This document shows, in pieces, positions 46,737 to 57,223 of a stretch of 64,000 bases of DNA. Both the position numbers and the translations under genes were made by a program. Numbering within the stretch: position 1 is the stretch's first letter; every line of letters starts with the position of its first letter. The notes beneath the pieces are model-generated. The model ran no database searches, was not told the DNA's origin, and saw only the letters and a program-made list of their open reading frames with translations. Source of the DNA: Acutalibacteraceae bacterium (GTDB taxonomy: Bacteria > Bacillota > Clostridia > Oscillospirales > Acutalibacteraceae); NCBI GenBank assembly GCA_045634325.1, contig JAZRAA010000040.1, forward strand, positions 33,002-97,001, written 5' to 3'.

Positions 46737-47339
46737 TTACTCCCCTTCCGAAACAGACGCGCCCTCTTGCACGGGCGCAGAAATTGTTTTACGAATACTA
46801 ATAAATAACAACAAATACCGTATGAATGCAAATAACATTAACAAACCCACGAGTATCACCAACGCAAGCAATAATTGTGCGGGCATATCTTTCCACAACA
46901 CAATCGCCGCCACGCTGACATAAAACACCACGGTGGAAACCTTGCCATACCACTTAGAAGCACGCATTTCACTGCCGCGGCTGAGCAATATTAGACCGCC
47001 AAGTCCTTGCAGACTTTCCTTCACAACGCAGATGAGCAATAACGGTAAGAACGCCGTATACTGTGTCGCCAAGCAAATCATCACCGCAACCTGCGTCAAT
47101 TTATCTGCAATGGGGTCAAGCAGTTTGCCGATTTCACTTTCTTGATGAAATTTGCGCGCGATATACCCGTCAAAGCAGTCGGTCAGCCCCGACAACACCA
47201 ACAAGCCAAACGCCGCATACTGCATGATATCATCAGCGGTATTGCGACTCCAAATATACATCACAATGAATATCGGCAAAATCGCAATGCGAATCAGCGA
47301 CAATACATTTGGAATGGTCCACTTCCACTGTAATTGCAT
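46737..47339 (-). CDS. pgsA: CDP-alcohol phosphatidyltransferase (phosphatidylglycerophosphate synthase-like)
   Basis: DCFDGYIARKF-x8-GKLLDPIADK signature. 200 aa polytopic protein. Confidence 0.85.
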   Translation of the reverse strand: MQLQWKWTIPNVLSLIRIAILPIFIVMYIWSRNTADDIMQYAAFGLLVLSGLTDCFDGYIARKFHQESEIGKLLDPIADKLTQVAVMICLATQYTAFLPLLLICVVKESLQGLGGLILLSRGSEMRASKWYGKVSTVVFYVSVAAIVLWKDMPAQLLLALVILVGLLMLFAFIRYLLLFISIRKTISAPVQEGASVSEGE

Positions 47340-47370
47340 GAGAAAATCCTCCCGAGAGTCTTTTACTCTC

Positions 47371-48120
47371 TTATTTTATCAACAAATCTAACCATCCGTC
47401 ACCCACACTGAGCACCGGATTATTATTGGCAATTAACTCGAACAAAATGCTTTGCTCGATAGTCTGTTGTGAAATGAAGGCATCCGCAGCGGTAAAGCCG
47501 GCAATCAACTGCACCACAGTCGTAAGTAACAGCACCCACAAAACGCCTTTTAAGGCACCGAGTATACCGCCCAGCACTCCATCCAAACCTTTGAGCGGAG
47601 TGATGCGTATAAGCTTGCTGATTAAGCGTGTGAGCAAAGCGGCGACAACCAACAATACCAGCAATAAGATGATGCCCACCGCATACCGCAACACCACCGT
47701 TGCCACCGGTCTGACCACCTGTTGTTCTACCGTGGTCGCAACCTGCATACCGACACCGGCAGTACCATTGTCCACAATCGTCAGCGCAGAGTCGGAGAGA
47801 GAAATGTTATTCTTATCCAACAAATCCTGCACAAAGGATGGCAAGGCTTGTTGGACTTCATCCAAATTATTCCCAATAACAGTCGAGCCCGTATTGGCAA
47901 TCGCATCATTCACGCTGGTTTCCACGGCGGTAATCACCGGTTTTTGCACAAAAGCACTGTAAATACCGTTAGCGAGTGGCTGGCTGAGCGTGACCGCCAA
48001 AATCACCGCCGCAACAATACCAACTAAACCGATAATGCTTCTCACAAAACCAATTTTGCGTCCGTGCAAAACGAGGCATACAAAAATCAGTATAACCGCT
48101 ATATCTAATATGTATCCCAT
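47371..48120 (-). CDS. cvpA: CvpA-family membrane protein
   Basis: N-terminal CvpA-like TM helices (ILDIAVILIFVCLVLHGRKIGFVRS). ATG 48118-48120 is chosen because GGAGGAA lies 8 nt upstream. Confidence 0.7.
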   Translation of the reverse strand: MGYILDIAVILIFVCLVLHGRKIGFVRSIIGLVGIVAAVILAVTLSQPLANGIYSAFVQKPVITAVETSVNDAIANTGSTVIGNNLDEVQQALPSFVQDLLDKNNISLSDSALTIVDNGTAGVGMQVATTVEQQVVRPVATVVLRYAVGIILLLVLLVVAALLTRLISKLIRITPLKGLDGVLGGILGALKGVLWVLLLTTVVQLIAGFTAADAFISQQTIEQSILFELIANNNPVLSVGDGWLDLLIK

Positions 48121-48137
48121 ATCCATTTCCTCCTATC

Positions 48138-49310
48138 CTATACGGTATATTGTGACAACACTTGTAATCCTAAAATCATCACACGACTACCGACACGAGC
48201 AACACGATTGCCATCCGCAGCAACCGATATCGTATCTGCAAAACCACGTGCATTCACCTGATATAACATACCGTCTGTCAACACCTGATACGTGTTATTC
48301 ACCACCGACATGTCACGGCAAGCACCTTCAATATTGCCCGAAAACGCCACCGACCCATCGGTTTTAATATATGACACCGTGCCGCCGGATGCCGCGCCAT
48401 ACGGCTTTGTCACCACCGCAACACTCTTATCACCAATTGCAAACGACATCAGTTCTCCATCTGTAAAGGTGTACTGCTTGCATGTGCCTTTTTTGGGTTG
48501 ATACATCCAAACACTATTATCCGATACCGCGGCAATGACCACATCGGTTAAATACTCCAAACGACATATCATGGTATCCCTTTCAGAATAACTGTAGAGC
48601 GGTTTTTCGGATGCGGAAGACAAGGACAACACCTCAATACCACTGCGCATTGCACCCTGTTCTGCGCCAACGGTGGCGATTGCCACGTCTTTGCCGCTAG
48701 GTGAAAATGCCACATCCGCAATCAAACTGCTGCATAAACGCTCATATATCAAATCGCCGTGCACCGAATACACCAACAATTTCGCATTATATCCCTGCTG
48801 CGCAGCAGTGACAACCGCGACACTTCCGTTCGTGTGTACCGCAGCGGTCAGAATATCATACTCAGTGGTTATGGTAAACAGCGTTTTAGAACGCATCTCC
48901 AGTTGCAAGCGTTTGCCGCCGCTTTCCGCCAGCAACACATATTTTCCTGCCGTGCGCAACAACGGTGCTGTATAAGAATGGGTGCGGCGCATCACCTCTT
49001 TGCCCTGCATATTCAACATAGTAACATACGTGTCACTCAGCAAAACAACGCAACTGTCCGCGGTATCCATTTGATAAATCGGACTGCCCGACACATCCAC
49101 GGGATACCCGTTTGTTTCTCCCTCGGTAAATAAGTTGCCGATTTGCGGTACTAATGCCGCAGGCGACAGTTTATCCCAGTTACGCACCAACGTAGCAACC
49201 AACACAGCCACAAGCGCGACCACGCCCAAACGCAACCAAAAACGTCGTCTGCGACGTACACGACGGCTATGGCGTTGTGTGCTTTCTTGTTTACGCTTTC
49301 TCGCTCCCAT
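48138..49310 (-). CDS. membrane-anchored hypothetical protein (DUF5711-like)
   Basis: 390 aa with an Arg-rich N-terminus (RRVRRRRRFW), one TM and a large beta-rich ectodomain. No catalytic motif is recognisable. Confidence 0.55.
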   Translation of the reverse strand: MGARKRKQESTQRHSRRVRRRRRFWLRLGVVALVAVLVATLVRNWDKLSPAALVPQIGNLFTEGETNGYPVDVSGSPIYQMDTADSCVVLLSDTYVTMLNMQGKEVMRRTHSYTAPLLRTAGKYVLLAESGGKRLQLEMRSKTLFTITTEYDILTAAVHTNGSVAVVTAAQQGYNAKLLVYSVHGDLIYERLCSSLIADVAFSPSGKDVAIATVGAEQGAMRSGIEVLSLSSASEKPLYSYSERDTMICRLEYLTDVVIAAVSDNSVWMYQPKKGTCKQYTFTDGELMSFAIGDKSVAVVTKPYGAASGGTVSYIKTDGSVAFSGNIEGACRDMSVVNNTYQVLTDGMLYQVNARGFADTISVAADGNRVARVGSRVMILGLQVLSQYTV

Positions 49311-50061
49311 GTGGGACTGTCACCTCCTCATAAAACACTTTTTCGAGTCGCAACCCTTTTGCGGGGGCAGTGGTGCCTGCCATTTCACGCTTACCGGTAT
49401 GTAACGCTGTTTCAATGGCATCGGGCGACAGTCTTCCCGCCGCCATATCAAGCAAGGTGCCCACCATAATGCGCACCATATTATACAAAAATCCGTTTGC
49501 TTCCACCGTAAAAGTGACCATATCACCCTGACGCTCCACAGAAAATGCGGTCACGGTACGCACTGCATCCGACGTATCTGCACCCGCAGCGCAAAACGCC
49601 GAAAAATCGTGGGTGCCGACATACGCCTGTGCGAAACGGTGCAACCGTTCCGCATCCAACGGATACGGATGCTTGGTCACAAATTTATCGGTGAATGGGT
49701 TGCGGCAGTGAGAATTCCAGACACGGTAACAATACCGCTTGCCGCGCGCGGCATACCGTGGATGAAAATCGGCAGGCACTTCTTTACAATCGTACACCGC
49801 GACATCCTCCGGCAGATGCATATTGAGCGCTAACGGCATTTTATAGGCGGAAATATCACTATCCGTGTCAAAGGTACAGCAAAACATTTCGGCGTGCACA
49901 CCGGTATCGGTGCGACTGCAACCAATCACGCCTGCACGGGTGCCCGTCAACGCCTCGATGGCATCCTGTAAGGTTTCTTGCACCGATACGGCATTAGGTT
50001 GCACCTGCCATCCATGATAGGCGGTTCCGTCATACCGCAATGTCAGCAACAACCTTCTCAC
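49291..50061 (-). CDS. truA: tRNA pseudouridine(38-40) synthase TruA
   Basis: YDGTAYHGWQ and the catalytic RTDTGVHA motif. GTG start with an AAGGAGA SD. 20-nt overlap with the downstream gene. Confidence 0.93.
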   Translation of the reverse strand: MRRLLLTLRYDGTAYHGWQVQPNAVSVQETLQDAIEALTGTRAGVIGCSRTDTGVHAEMFCCTFDTDSDISAYKMPLALNMHLPEDVAVYDCKEVPADFHPRYAARGKRYCYRVWNSHCRNPFTDKFVTKHPYPLDAERLHRFAQAYVGTHDFSAFCAAGADTSDAVRTVTAFSVERQGDMVTFTVEANGFLYNMVRIMVGTLLDMAAGRLSPDAIETALHTGKREMAGTTAPAKGLRLEKVFYEEVTVPHGSEKA

Positions 50062-50074
50062 TTTCGCATCTCCT

Positions 50075-50890
50075 TTACAAAACCGGTTTCACAATCACGT
50101 TCAAAAGAATAAAACCCACAAGCACAACCGTGCATACGGTGAACGCAATATAATCTCTCGCCGCCAAATGCAAGATTTTCATACGTGTTCTGCCGTCGCC
50201 GCCCTGATAACAGCGACATTCCATCGCAGTCGCCAGTTCATACGCACGACGGAAAGAGGAAGCGAGCAACGGAATCAGAATGGGTATCATCGCCCGCACA
50301 CGTTGTAACAGTTTTCCGCTTTCCAAATCCGCACCACGCGCTTTTTGGGCAGACATGATTTTGTCCGTTTCTTCAATCAGCGTCGGGATAAAACGCAACG
50401 CAATGGTCATCATCATCGCAAGGTCATGCACCGGCACACGCAACACTTTGAGCGGTTTTAACAGCCGTTCCAGTGCATCGGTCAATGCCGTTGGCGGCGT
50501 GGTGTAAGTCAGCAATGAACTACCTGCAATCAAACACAAAATACGCACTACAATAAACGCGGCGGTGACAAAACCACCGGTATGGATTTCAAAAATCCAC
50601 CACCGTGCCAACAAAGCACCTTGTTTGACATAGAAAATATTGATTGCGGAAGTAAACAAAATAATGGGCACGATGGGTCGTATGCTTTTGAGTACCAAAC
50701 GTGTCGGCAAACCCGAGAGGGAGATGCTCAAAAACAAAAACGCCACTGCACCGCCGAGTCCATACCAGTTTTTGGGTATAAACACCATGCAAATCCACAA
50801 AATCGTTAAAACGAGTTTCATGCGTGGGTCTAACCGATGCAAAAGCGACTTGGCGGGGAAATATTGCCCCATAGTAATATCTTTCAGCAT
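50075..50890 (-). CDS. ecfT: ECF transporter transmembrane component EcfT
   Basis: 271 aa starting MLKDITMGQYFPAKSLLHRLDPRMKL, with the coupling-helix region ARGA. Confidence 0.9.
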   Translation of the reverse strand: MLKDITMGQYFPAKSLLHRLDPRMKLVLTILWICMVFIPKNWYGLGGAVAFLFLSISLSGLPTRLVLKSIRPIVPIILFTSAINIFYVKQGALLARWWIFEIHTGGFVTAAFIVVRILCLIAGSSLLTYTTPPTALTDALERLLKPLKVLRVPVHDLAMMMTIALRFIPTLIEETDKIMSAQKARGADLESGKLLQRVRAMIPILIPLLASSFRRAYELATAMECRCYQGGDGRTRMKILHLAARDYIAFTVCTVVLVGFILLNVIVKPVL

Positions 50891-51738
50891 GTGCCCACCC
50901 CCTTTTCACGGAGATAGGCTGTCAGCTTTTCTGTCGCGGCCTCCACCGTAAAAGCATCGGCATCCAGCCCCAACATATTCAATATACGCGCAACCGAGGG
51001 TACCGATAACCCCATTTGTTGCAGTTGGTCGGCATGTGAAAACACCGCTTGCACGGTATCATACATCTGCACCCGACTGTGTTGCATGACCAACACTTTA
51101 TCCGCCATGCGCGCGACGTCTTCCATGCTATGCGACACCATCAACACAGTGGCGTTGTGCGTTTTACGATAATCGTCAATACGCTCTAACAAAACGTCCC
51201 TTCCATGCGGGTCGAGTCCTGCTGTGGGTTCATCGAGCACCAACACCTCGGGTTGCATGGCAAGCACACCCGCAATTGCCGCACGTCGTTTTTCACCGCC
51301 GGACAAATCAAAAGGAGATTTTTCCAACAGGTCACGTGACAATCCGATTGTGTCAGCCGCTTCCAACACACGCTCGTCTATCTCGCATTTGGAGAGTCCC
51401 ATATTAGCGGGGCCAAAAGCTATATCTTTATACACCGTTTCTGCAAACAGCTGATGCTCGGGGTATTGAAACACCATACCCACTTTAAAACGGACATCCC
51501 GTATCTTTTTAGGGTCTGCCCAAATATCTTTTCCGTGCAACAACACCTGACCGGAAACCGGTTTGAGCAAACCGTTTAAATGTTGTACCAACGTGGATTT
51601 GCCACTGCCGGTATGGCCGATAATGGCGGTTAGCTCGCCGCTTTCAAATGCCACTGACACGTCTTTGAGTGCCGCATGCGCAAACGGCATGCCGTCCGCA
51701 TAGGTATAACACACATTTTTCATTTCAAGAACGCTCAT
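50884..51738 (-). CDS. ecfA2: ECF transporter ATPase EcfA2
   Basis: Walker A GHTGSGKST, signature LSGGEKRR and Walker B LVLDEPT. Confidence 0.92.
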   Translation of the reverse strand: MSVLEMKNVCYTYADGMPFAHAALKDVSVAFESGELTAIIGHTGSGKSTLVQHLNGLLKPVSGQVLLHGKDIWADPKKIRDVRFKVGMVFQYPEHQLFAETVYKDIAFGPANMGLSKCEIDERVLEAADTIGLSRDLLEKSPFDLSGGEKRRAAIAGVLAMQPEVLVLDEPTAGLDPHGRDVLLERIDDYRKTHNATVLMVSHSMEDVARMADKVLVMQHSRVQMYDTVQAVFSHADQLQQMGLSVPSVARILNMLGLDADAFTVEAATEKLTAYLREKGVGTC

Positions 51739-52592
51739 TCGCCGTCACCTGCCTTTCGGACAAGTGCCGCAATTGCGGCGGCGCACTCTTCCTCGGTGAG
51801 CACCGCTTGCGGTAAATCAAATCCGGCTTTTCGTAAGCGATAAGCAAGTTCAGTGGGTTGCGGCACATCCAAACGCAATGCACGCAAAGTATCTACCTGC
51901 GCAAAAATTTCACGTGGTGTACCATCCAGACGGATAATGCCGTTATCCAACACAACCACGCGGTCTGCCGCCGCCGCTTCCGCCATGTAGTGCGTGATGA
52001 GCACCACCGTCATCCCATGTTCGCGGTTAAGCATATGCACGGTATCCAACACCTCTTTGCGCCCTTGCGGGTCCAGCATAGCGGTGGGCTCGTCCAACAC
52101 TAACACCTTTGGTTGCATGGCGAGCACACCCGCAATAGCAATACGCTGTTTTTGACCGCCCGACAGTTTGTGTGGCGCACTTTCTCGATGTTCGTACATA
52201 CCCACGGCACGCAAAGCATCATCCACACGTTTGCGGATTTCCTCCGACGGCACACCGATGTTTTCGGGGCCAAACGCCACGTCTTCTTCCACGATGGACG
52301 AAACCAGTTGGTTGTCGGGGTTTTGCAGTACCATGCCTACCGTGCGACGAATTTCATACAACAACGCCTCATCCGCGGTGTCCATTCCCTGCACCCACAC
52401 TTTGCCGCCACTGGGTAATAAAATGGCGTTAAAGTGTTTGGCGAGTGTAGATTTACCGCTACCATTAGAACCAAGCAACGCAACAAAGCTCCCCTGCTCA
52501 ACGGTAAGGTCTACGCCCCGTAATACCGTTTGAGGAGCTTCATTTGCATACGCATATTTAAATTCCACATGTTGCGTGCTGATAATCTCCAT
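51735..52592 (-). CDS. ecfA1: ECF transporter ATPase EcfA1
   Basis: Walker A GSNGSGKST, signature LSGGQKQR and Walker B LVLDEPT. Start trimmed to ATG 52590-52592 with a GGAGGA SD. Confidence 0.92.
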   Translation of the reverse strand: MEIISTQHVEFKYAYANEAPQTVLRGVDLTVEQGSFVALLGSNGSGKSTLAKHFNAILLPSGGKVWVQGMDTADEALLYEIRRTVGMVLQNPDNQLVSSIVEEDVAFGPENIGVPSEEIRKRVDDALRAVGMYEHRESAPHKLSGGQKQRIAIAGVLAMQPKVLVLDEPTAMLDPQGRKEVLDTVHMLNREHGMTVVLITHYMAEAAAADRVVVLDNGIIRLDGTPREIFAQVDTLRALRLDVPQPTELAYRLRKAGFDLPQAVLTEEECAAAIAALVRKAGDGE

Positions 52593-52608
52593 GGTTCCTC
52601 CGAGAAAA

Positions 52609-53478
52609 CTACTTGGTTTCATGCCACATGGCAGTGGCGCCGCAAGGCAGTACCAAACCGCTTGCGCTGACCGGCAAACCAATTTCGTCCGCCGAAAATG
52701 CACCGCCATATTTTTTATCCATCAGCGAAGCCAATATGTACTGCATCACCGACGGGGATAATCCTGTTGTATACGAGTTAATCAGGAAAAACAGCGGTGT
52801 GTCAGACAACAGTTTAACACATTCCGACACCAGCCCGTAAATCTGTTCTTCCAGTTTCCACACCTCGCCACCGGGACCTCTGCCGTAAGACGGCGGGTCC
52901 ATCAAAATGGCATCGTAGGTATTACCACGGCGCAGTTCACGTTGCACAAACTTACCGCAATCGTCCACCAACCATCGCATCGGACGGTCGGCAAGGCCCG
53001 AATCTACTGCATTTTCACGTCCCCAAGAAACCATGCCTTTAGAGGCATCTACGTGGGTAACGTGCGCACCCGCCGCTATGCAAGCGAGGGTGGCGCCACC
53101 GGTATACCCAAACAGGTTTAACACCCGAATGGGTCTACCGGCATTTTTAATAAATTCTGTCATTTTATCCCAATTCACAGCTTGTTCAGGGAATAAACCG
53201 GTGTGCTTAAAACCCATCGGTTTCAAATTAAAGCGCAGGTCACCGTAACCGATTTGCCAACTCGCCGCTACCGAGCGAAACGTTTCCCAGTGTCCACCGC
53301 CCGTACCCGAACGCACGTACCGTGCGTGTGCCGTTTTCCAACGGGGGTCACGGCGCTCACTGCTCCATATAATCTGCGGATCGGGGCGAATCAAAATCAC
53401 GTCGCCCCACCGCTCCAATCGCTCGCCGTCACCGGCATCCAGCAATTCATAATCTTTCCAGTTATCTGCTACTCTCAT
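52609..53478 (-). CDS. class I SAM-dependent (RlmI/COG1092-like) methyltransferase
   Basis: LNLFGYTGGATLA (motif I) and ILMDPPSYG (motif IV). The start is ambiguous between ATG 53478 and TTG 53490. Confidence 0.75.
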   Translation of the reverse strand: MRVADNWKDYELLDAGDGERLERWGDVILIRPDPQIIWSSERRDPRWKTAHARYVRSGTGGGHWETFRSVAASWQIGYGDLRFNLKPMGFKHTGLFPEQAVNWDKMTEFIKNAGRPIRVLNLFGYTGGATLACIAAGAHVTHVDASKGMVSWGRENAVDSGLADRPMRWLVDDCGKFVQRELRRGNTYDAILMDPPSYGRGPGGEVWKLEEQIYGLVSECVKLLSDTPLFFLINSYTTGLSPSVMQYILASLMDKKYGGAFSADEIGLPVSASGLVLPCGATAMWHETK

Positions 53479-53486
53479 GTTTTTTG

Positions 53487-54839
53487 TCAACCGCCAATCA
53501 AATTCTTAATCGCATTGCAAATGGTTTCTGCCGCTTCATTGATAACAGCAAAATCTTTACCTTCCACCATCACACGAATAACCGGTTCGGTGCCGGAAGG
53601 ACGCACCAATACTCTGCCGTCTCTGCCCAAAGATGCATCAACGTCCGCAATCAATTTTGCAACCGTTTCATCAGCCGCATACTTCGCTTTTGCGGCCGCA
53701 TCTGCACGCACGCTGGAAAGCACCTGCGGGTAACGCGGCATCAAAGCGCCCACTGCGGAGAATTTCCAACCATGACGTTTCACAGCGGACAACAAATGCA
53801 ACGCGGACAACTGACCGTCACCGGTAGTGGCAAATTCACGCATGATGATATGACCCGACTGTTCACCGCCAATGACATAGCCCTTTTCTACCATTTCTTC
53901 CAACACATAACGGTCACCCACTTTAGTGGAAGCCACGTTGATACCCGCTTCTTCGCAATAACGGAAGAAACCGAGGTTGGACATCACGGTTACAACAGCG
54001 GTATTACCCGTTAACTCATTGATGCCTTTAAGGTCTGTAGCCAGTGCGGCAATCATCTGGTCACCATCTATCACTTCGCCGTTTTCATCCACCGCTAAGC
54101 AACGGTCGGCATCGCCGTCAAATGCAACGCCGCCATCCAGTTTATGCGCTTTGACATATTCTGCAAGCGGTTCCAAATAGGTAGAGCCGCAACCCGCATT
54201 GATGTTCACGCCATCGGGATCTAAGGACATAAAGTCACACTGGACGCCCAATTTGTCGAACAATTTTTTGGCAGTCACACTGGCAGAACCATTGGCACAA
54301 TCCACCGCAATATGCAAACCTTTCAAATCAACCGAAACGGTGGACACCAGATGCTCGATATAGTCTTCCACTGCGTTTTCACAACGGTACACGCGACCCA
54401 CGTCACCACCGGTCGGGCAGGGGATCTCTTTTGCATTATCCAGCACAATAGCTTCAATTTCTTCTTCCAAGCTGTCGGACAGTTTAAAGCCTTCGCCGTT
54501 AAAAATCTTAATGCCATTATATTCACAAGGATTATGCGAAGCGGAAATCATCACTGCGGCATCCGCGTTATATGCTTTTGCCAAAAACGCAACAGCGGGG
54601 GTGGGCACTACTCCCAGCAAATGTACGTCTGCACCCACAGAACACAGACCCGCGCACAATGCGGTTTCCAGCATATCACCGGAGATACGGGTATCTTTAC
54701 CAATCAACACCTTGGGACGTTTTTTTTCAGCAGAGGTCAGCACCATTGCCGCCGCTCTGCCGATGCCGATAGCCAACTCACAAGTCAACTCCGTATTTGC
54801 AACGCCACGCGCGCCGTCCGTACCAAATAATCTTCCCAT
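53487..54839 (-). CDS. glmM: phosphoglucosamine mutase
   Basis: 450 aa starting MGRLFGTDGARG, with the phosphoserine loop SASHNPCEYNGIK. Confidence 0.96.
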   Translation of the reverse strand: MGRLFGTDGARGVANTELTCELAIGIGRAAAMVLTSAEKKRPKVLIGKDTRISGDMLETALCAGLCSVGADVHLLGVVPTPAVAFLAKAYNADAAVMISASHNPCEYNGIKIFNGEGFKLSDSLEEEIEAIVLDNAKEIPCPTGGDVGRVYRCENAVEDYIEHLVSTVSVDLKGLHIAVDCANGSASVTAKKLFDKLGVQCDFMSLDPDGVNINAGCGSTYLEPLAEYVKAHKLDGGVAFDGDADRCLAVDENGEVIDGDQMIAALATDLKGINELTGNTAVVTVMSNLGFFRYCEEAGINVASTKVGDRYVLEEMVEKGYVIGGEQSGHIIMREFATTGDGQLSALHLLSAVKRHGWKFSAVGALMPRYPQVLSSVRADAAAKAKYAADETVAKLIADVDASLGRDGRVLVRPSGTEPVIRVMVEGKDFAVINEAAETICNAIKNLIGG

Positions 54840-54872
54840 AAAACATAACTCCTTTTTTAAAATTAAGTTTGT

Positions 54873-55922
54873 TTACAATATCGTTATCTGCTCCGGCACA
54901 TTTTCAGTTGTACCGGGAGCAGGTAAACCCAAATGTTTGTAGGCGGCGGGTAAAACCACCCGACCGCGCGGGGTGCGGCTCAAAAAGCCGATTTGCATCA
55001 GATACGGTTCGTACACATCTTCAATAGTCACCGATTCTTCTCCGATAACCGCTGCCACCGTGTCCAAGCCAACCGGACCACCGCCGTAATGGCGAATCAT
55101 CGCTTCCAGCATATTTCTGTCCACACGATCCAACCCCAGAGCATCCACTTCCAAACGGTCCAGCGCCTGTGCAGCAGTATCCGCATCAATCACGCCGTCG
55201 TTCATTACCTGCGCAAAATCGCGCACACGCTTTAACATACGGTTAGCAATACGCGGTGTCCCGCGACTGCGGGAAGCAATTTCCAAAGCACCGCGTTCAT
55301 CACACGGCGTATGCAAAATCTGTGCACTGCGTCGGACAATTTCCGCTAAATGTGCGGGGGTGTACAACTCCAACCGCAAAATCACGCCAAAACGATCACG
55401 CAACGGTGCAGAAAGTTGTCCGGCGCGGGTGGTCGCGCCAATCAGCGTAAATTTCTGTAACGGCAGATGAATGGAAGAAGCGCCTTGTCCTTTGCCGTTG
55501 ATAATATCAATGGAGAAATCCTCCATCGCCGGATACAAAATTTCTTCCACCGTGCGGGGCAAACGATGAATTTCGTCGATGAACAGTACGTCGCCTTCCT
55601 CCATGTTGGTGAGCATTGCCGCCAAATCGCCGGGGCGTTCGAGTGCAGGACCCGAAGTAACACGGAAATTCACGCCCAGTTCATTGGCGATAATTGCCGC
55701 TAATGTAGTTTTGCCCAAACCGGGCGGTCCGTATAATAATACGTGGTCAAGAGGTTCATGCCGCAATTTCGCGGCATCGATGAACACCGACAGGTTTTCT
55801 TTCACCTTGTCTTGACCGATATACTCAGAAAGGGTGCGCGGGCGCAATGGGTTATCCCCGTCATCCTCCGGCAGATATTCCGCCGCTACCATTCGATTTT
55901 CATAATCGGTTTCAAACTCCAT
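54873..55922 (-). CDS. ruvB: Holliday junction branch migration helicase RuvB
   Basis: Walker [10 protein letters not shown], Walker B FIDEIHR and a RuvB C-terminal winged helix. Start trimmed to ATG 55920-55922. Confidence 0.96.
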   Translation of the reverse strand: MEFETDYENRMVAAEYLPEDDGDNPLRPRTLSEYIGQDKVKENLSVFIDAAKLRHEPLDHVLLYGPPGLGKTTLAAIIANELGVNFRVTSGPALERPGDLAAMLTNMEEGDVLFIDEIHRLPRTVEEILYPAMEDFSIDIINGKGQGASSIHLPLQKFTLIGATTRAGQLSAPLRDRFGVILRLELYTPAHLAEIVRRSAQILHTPCDERGALEIASRSRGTPRIANRMLKRVRDFAQVMNDGVIDADTAAQALDRLEVDALGLDRVDRNMLEAMIRHYGGGPVGLDTVAAVIGEESVTIEDVYEPYLMQIGFLSRTPRGRVVLPAAYKHLGLPAPGTTENVPEQITIL

Positions 55923-55936
55923 CAAACACCCTCCCC

Positions 55937-56536
55937 TCATTTATTCGCAAGCAGTTTCAATGCACTGCGCACCAACGCCTCCACCGGCAAGTTGCTGTCC
56001 AGTTTGCCAACTGCCGCCGCCGCTTCTCCGGAAGAGAAGCCCAGCACCGTCAAAGCACTGACCGCCTGCGCAGCATTTCCCGCCGCCGAAATCGGTCCCG
56101 CTTCGGGCAAAGATACACCGTCTCCTGCCGTAGGCAATGCGCATTTATCTTTCAGTTCCAAAGCGATTCGCTGTGCGAGCTTCGGACCGACACCCGCCGC
56201 TTTGGTGAGCGCCTTGTAATCACCTGACGCCACGGCCAATGCCACTTGTTCAGGCGTGAGTTCGGATAAAATCGCAATGCCGACTTTCGGACCGACACCC
56301 GACACAGTGGTGAGCATCTTGAAAGATGCCAATTCATTTTTATCTGCAAAGCCGAATAATTCCATCGCATCCTCACGGACGTTGAGTGTGGTATACAACA
56401 TCACTTCATTGCCGACAGCGGGCAGTTGTCTTGCCGTGTTAAAGGTGATTTGGCAAGCCATGCCCACGCCGCCGCATTCCACCACCGCCAATTTGGGTTC
56501 CGCATGGGTCAGTTTGCCGCGCACACTATATATCAT
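55937..56536 (-). CDS. ruvA: Holliday junction DNA-binding protein RuvA
   Basis: MIYSVRGKL..., with HhH motifs ([24 protein letters not shown]). ATGA overlap with the ruvC stop. Confidence 0.94.
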   Translation of the reverse strand: MIYSVRGKLTHAEPKLAVVECGGVGMACQITFNTARQLPAVGNEVMLYTTLNVREDAMELFGFADKNELASFKMLTTVSGVGPKVGIAILSELTPEQVALAVASGDYKALTKAAGVGPKLAQRIALELKDKCALPTAGDGVSLPEAGPISAAGNAAQAVSALTVLGFSSGEAAAAVGKLDSNLPVEALVRSALKLLANK

Positions 56537-57048
56537 ATCCTCTTCCCTCGCATTTCCAGCAACGAATTTTTCACCGCCGAGCCACCGTATTGCGCGTGGC
56601 AAATTGCCATAGCGAGCGCATCGGCAGTATCGTCGGGTTTTGGCACCGCTTTCAGCCGTAACAAACGGCGGGTCATTTCCATCACCTGCGGCTTTTGCGC
56701 TTGTCCGTAACCGGTAACGGCACTTTTCACCTGCAACGGTGTGTATTCATAAAACGGCACATCGCCTTGCTGCAACGCCAACAAAATCACACCACGCGCC
56801 TGCGCCACCTCAATCGCAGTTTTCTGGTTGTTTTGAAAGTATAATTTCTCCACAGATGCGACATCGGGATGATATCGCTCAATAACCGCCGCAAGATCGC
56901 TGTGGATTTTTTCCAGACGCGCCGAAAACGGCGTTCCCGCCTTGGTAATAACGGCACCAAAATCTATCGGTGAAAACCTGCCTCTCTCGTATTGAATCAC
57001 GCCCCAACCGACAATCGCATAACCGGGGTCAATGCCGAGAATAACCAT
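56533..57048 (-). CDS. ruvC: crossover junction endodeoxyribonuclease RuvC
   Basis: MVILGIDPGYAIVGWG... with a RuvC fold. Start trimmed to ATG 57046-57048 with a GGGAGGTG SD. Confidence 0.93.
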   Translation of the reverse strand: MVILGIDPGYAIVGWGVIQYERGRFSPIDFGAVITKAGTPFSARLEKIHSDLAAVIERYHPDVASVEKLYFQNNQKTAIEVAQARGVILLALQQGDVPFYEYTPLQVKSAVTGYGQAQKPQVMEMTRRLLRLKAVPKPDDTADALAMAICHAQYGGSAVKNSLLEMRGKRI

Positions 57049-57089
57049 GTTTTCACCTCCCAACACTTTCTCATGGTATTATCTATAAC

Positions 57090-57118
57090 AGTATAACATA
57101 TATCTGCAAAAAATGCAA
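57090..57118 (-). promoter_or_regulatory. sigma-A promoter for ruvCAB (TTGCAT-N17-TATACT)
   Basis: Minus strand has TTGCAT (57113-57118), a 17-nt spacer and TATACT (57090-57095). Confidence 0.5.
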
Positions 57119-57163
57119 AACTTTCTGTTAAATTTCTTATATATTTTGTATAGAAAATTACAG

Positions 57164-57192
57164 TTGCCATATGTGCCATTTTCGTGTATACT
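57164..57192 (+). promoter_or_regulatory. sigma-A promoter for the cysteine desulfurase-thiI operon (TTGCCA-N17-TATACT)
   Basis: TTGCCA at 57164-57169, a 17-nt spacer and TATACT at 57187-57192. Confidence 0.5.
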
Positions 57193-57223
57193 ATAACCAA
57201 CTATAAATTATGGAGTTGTGCGC

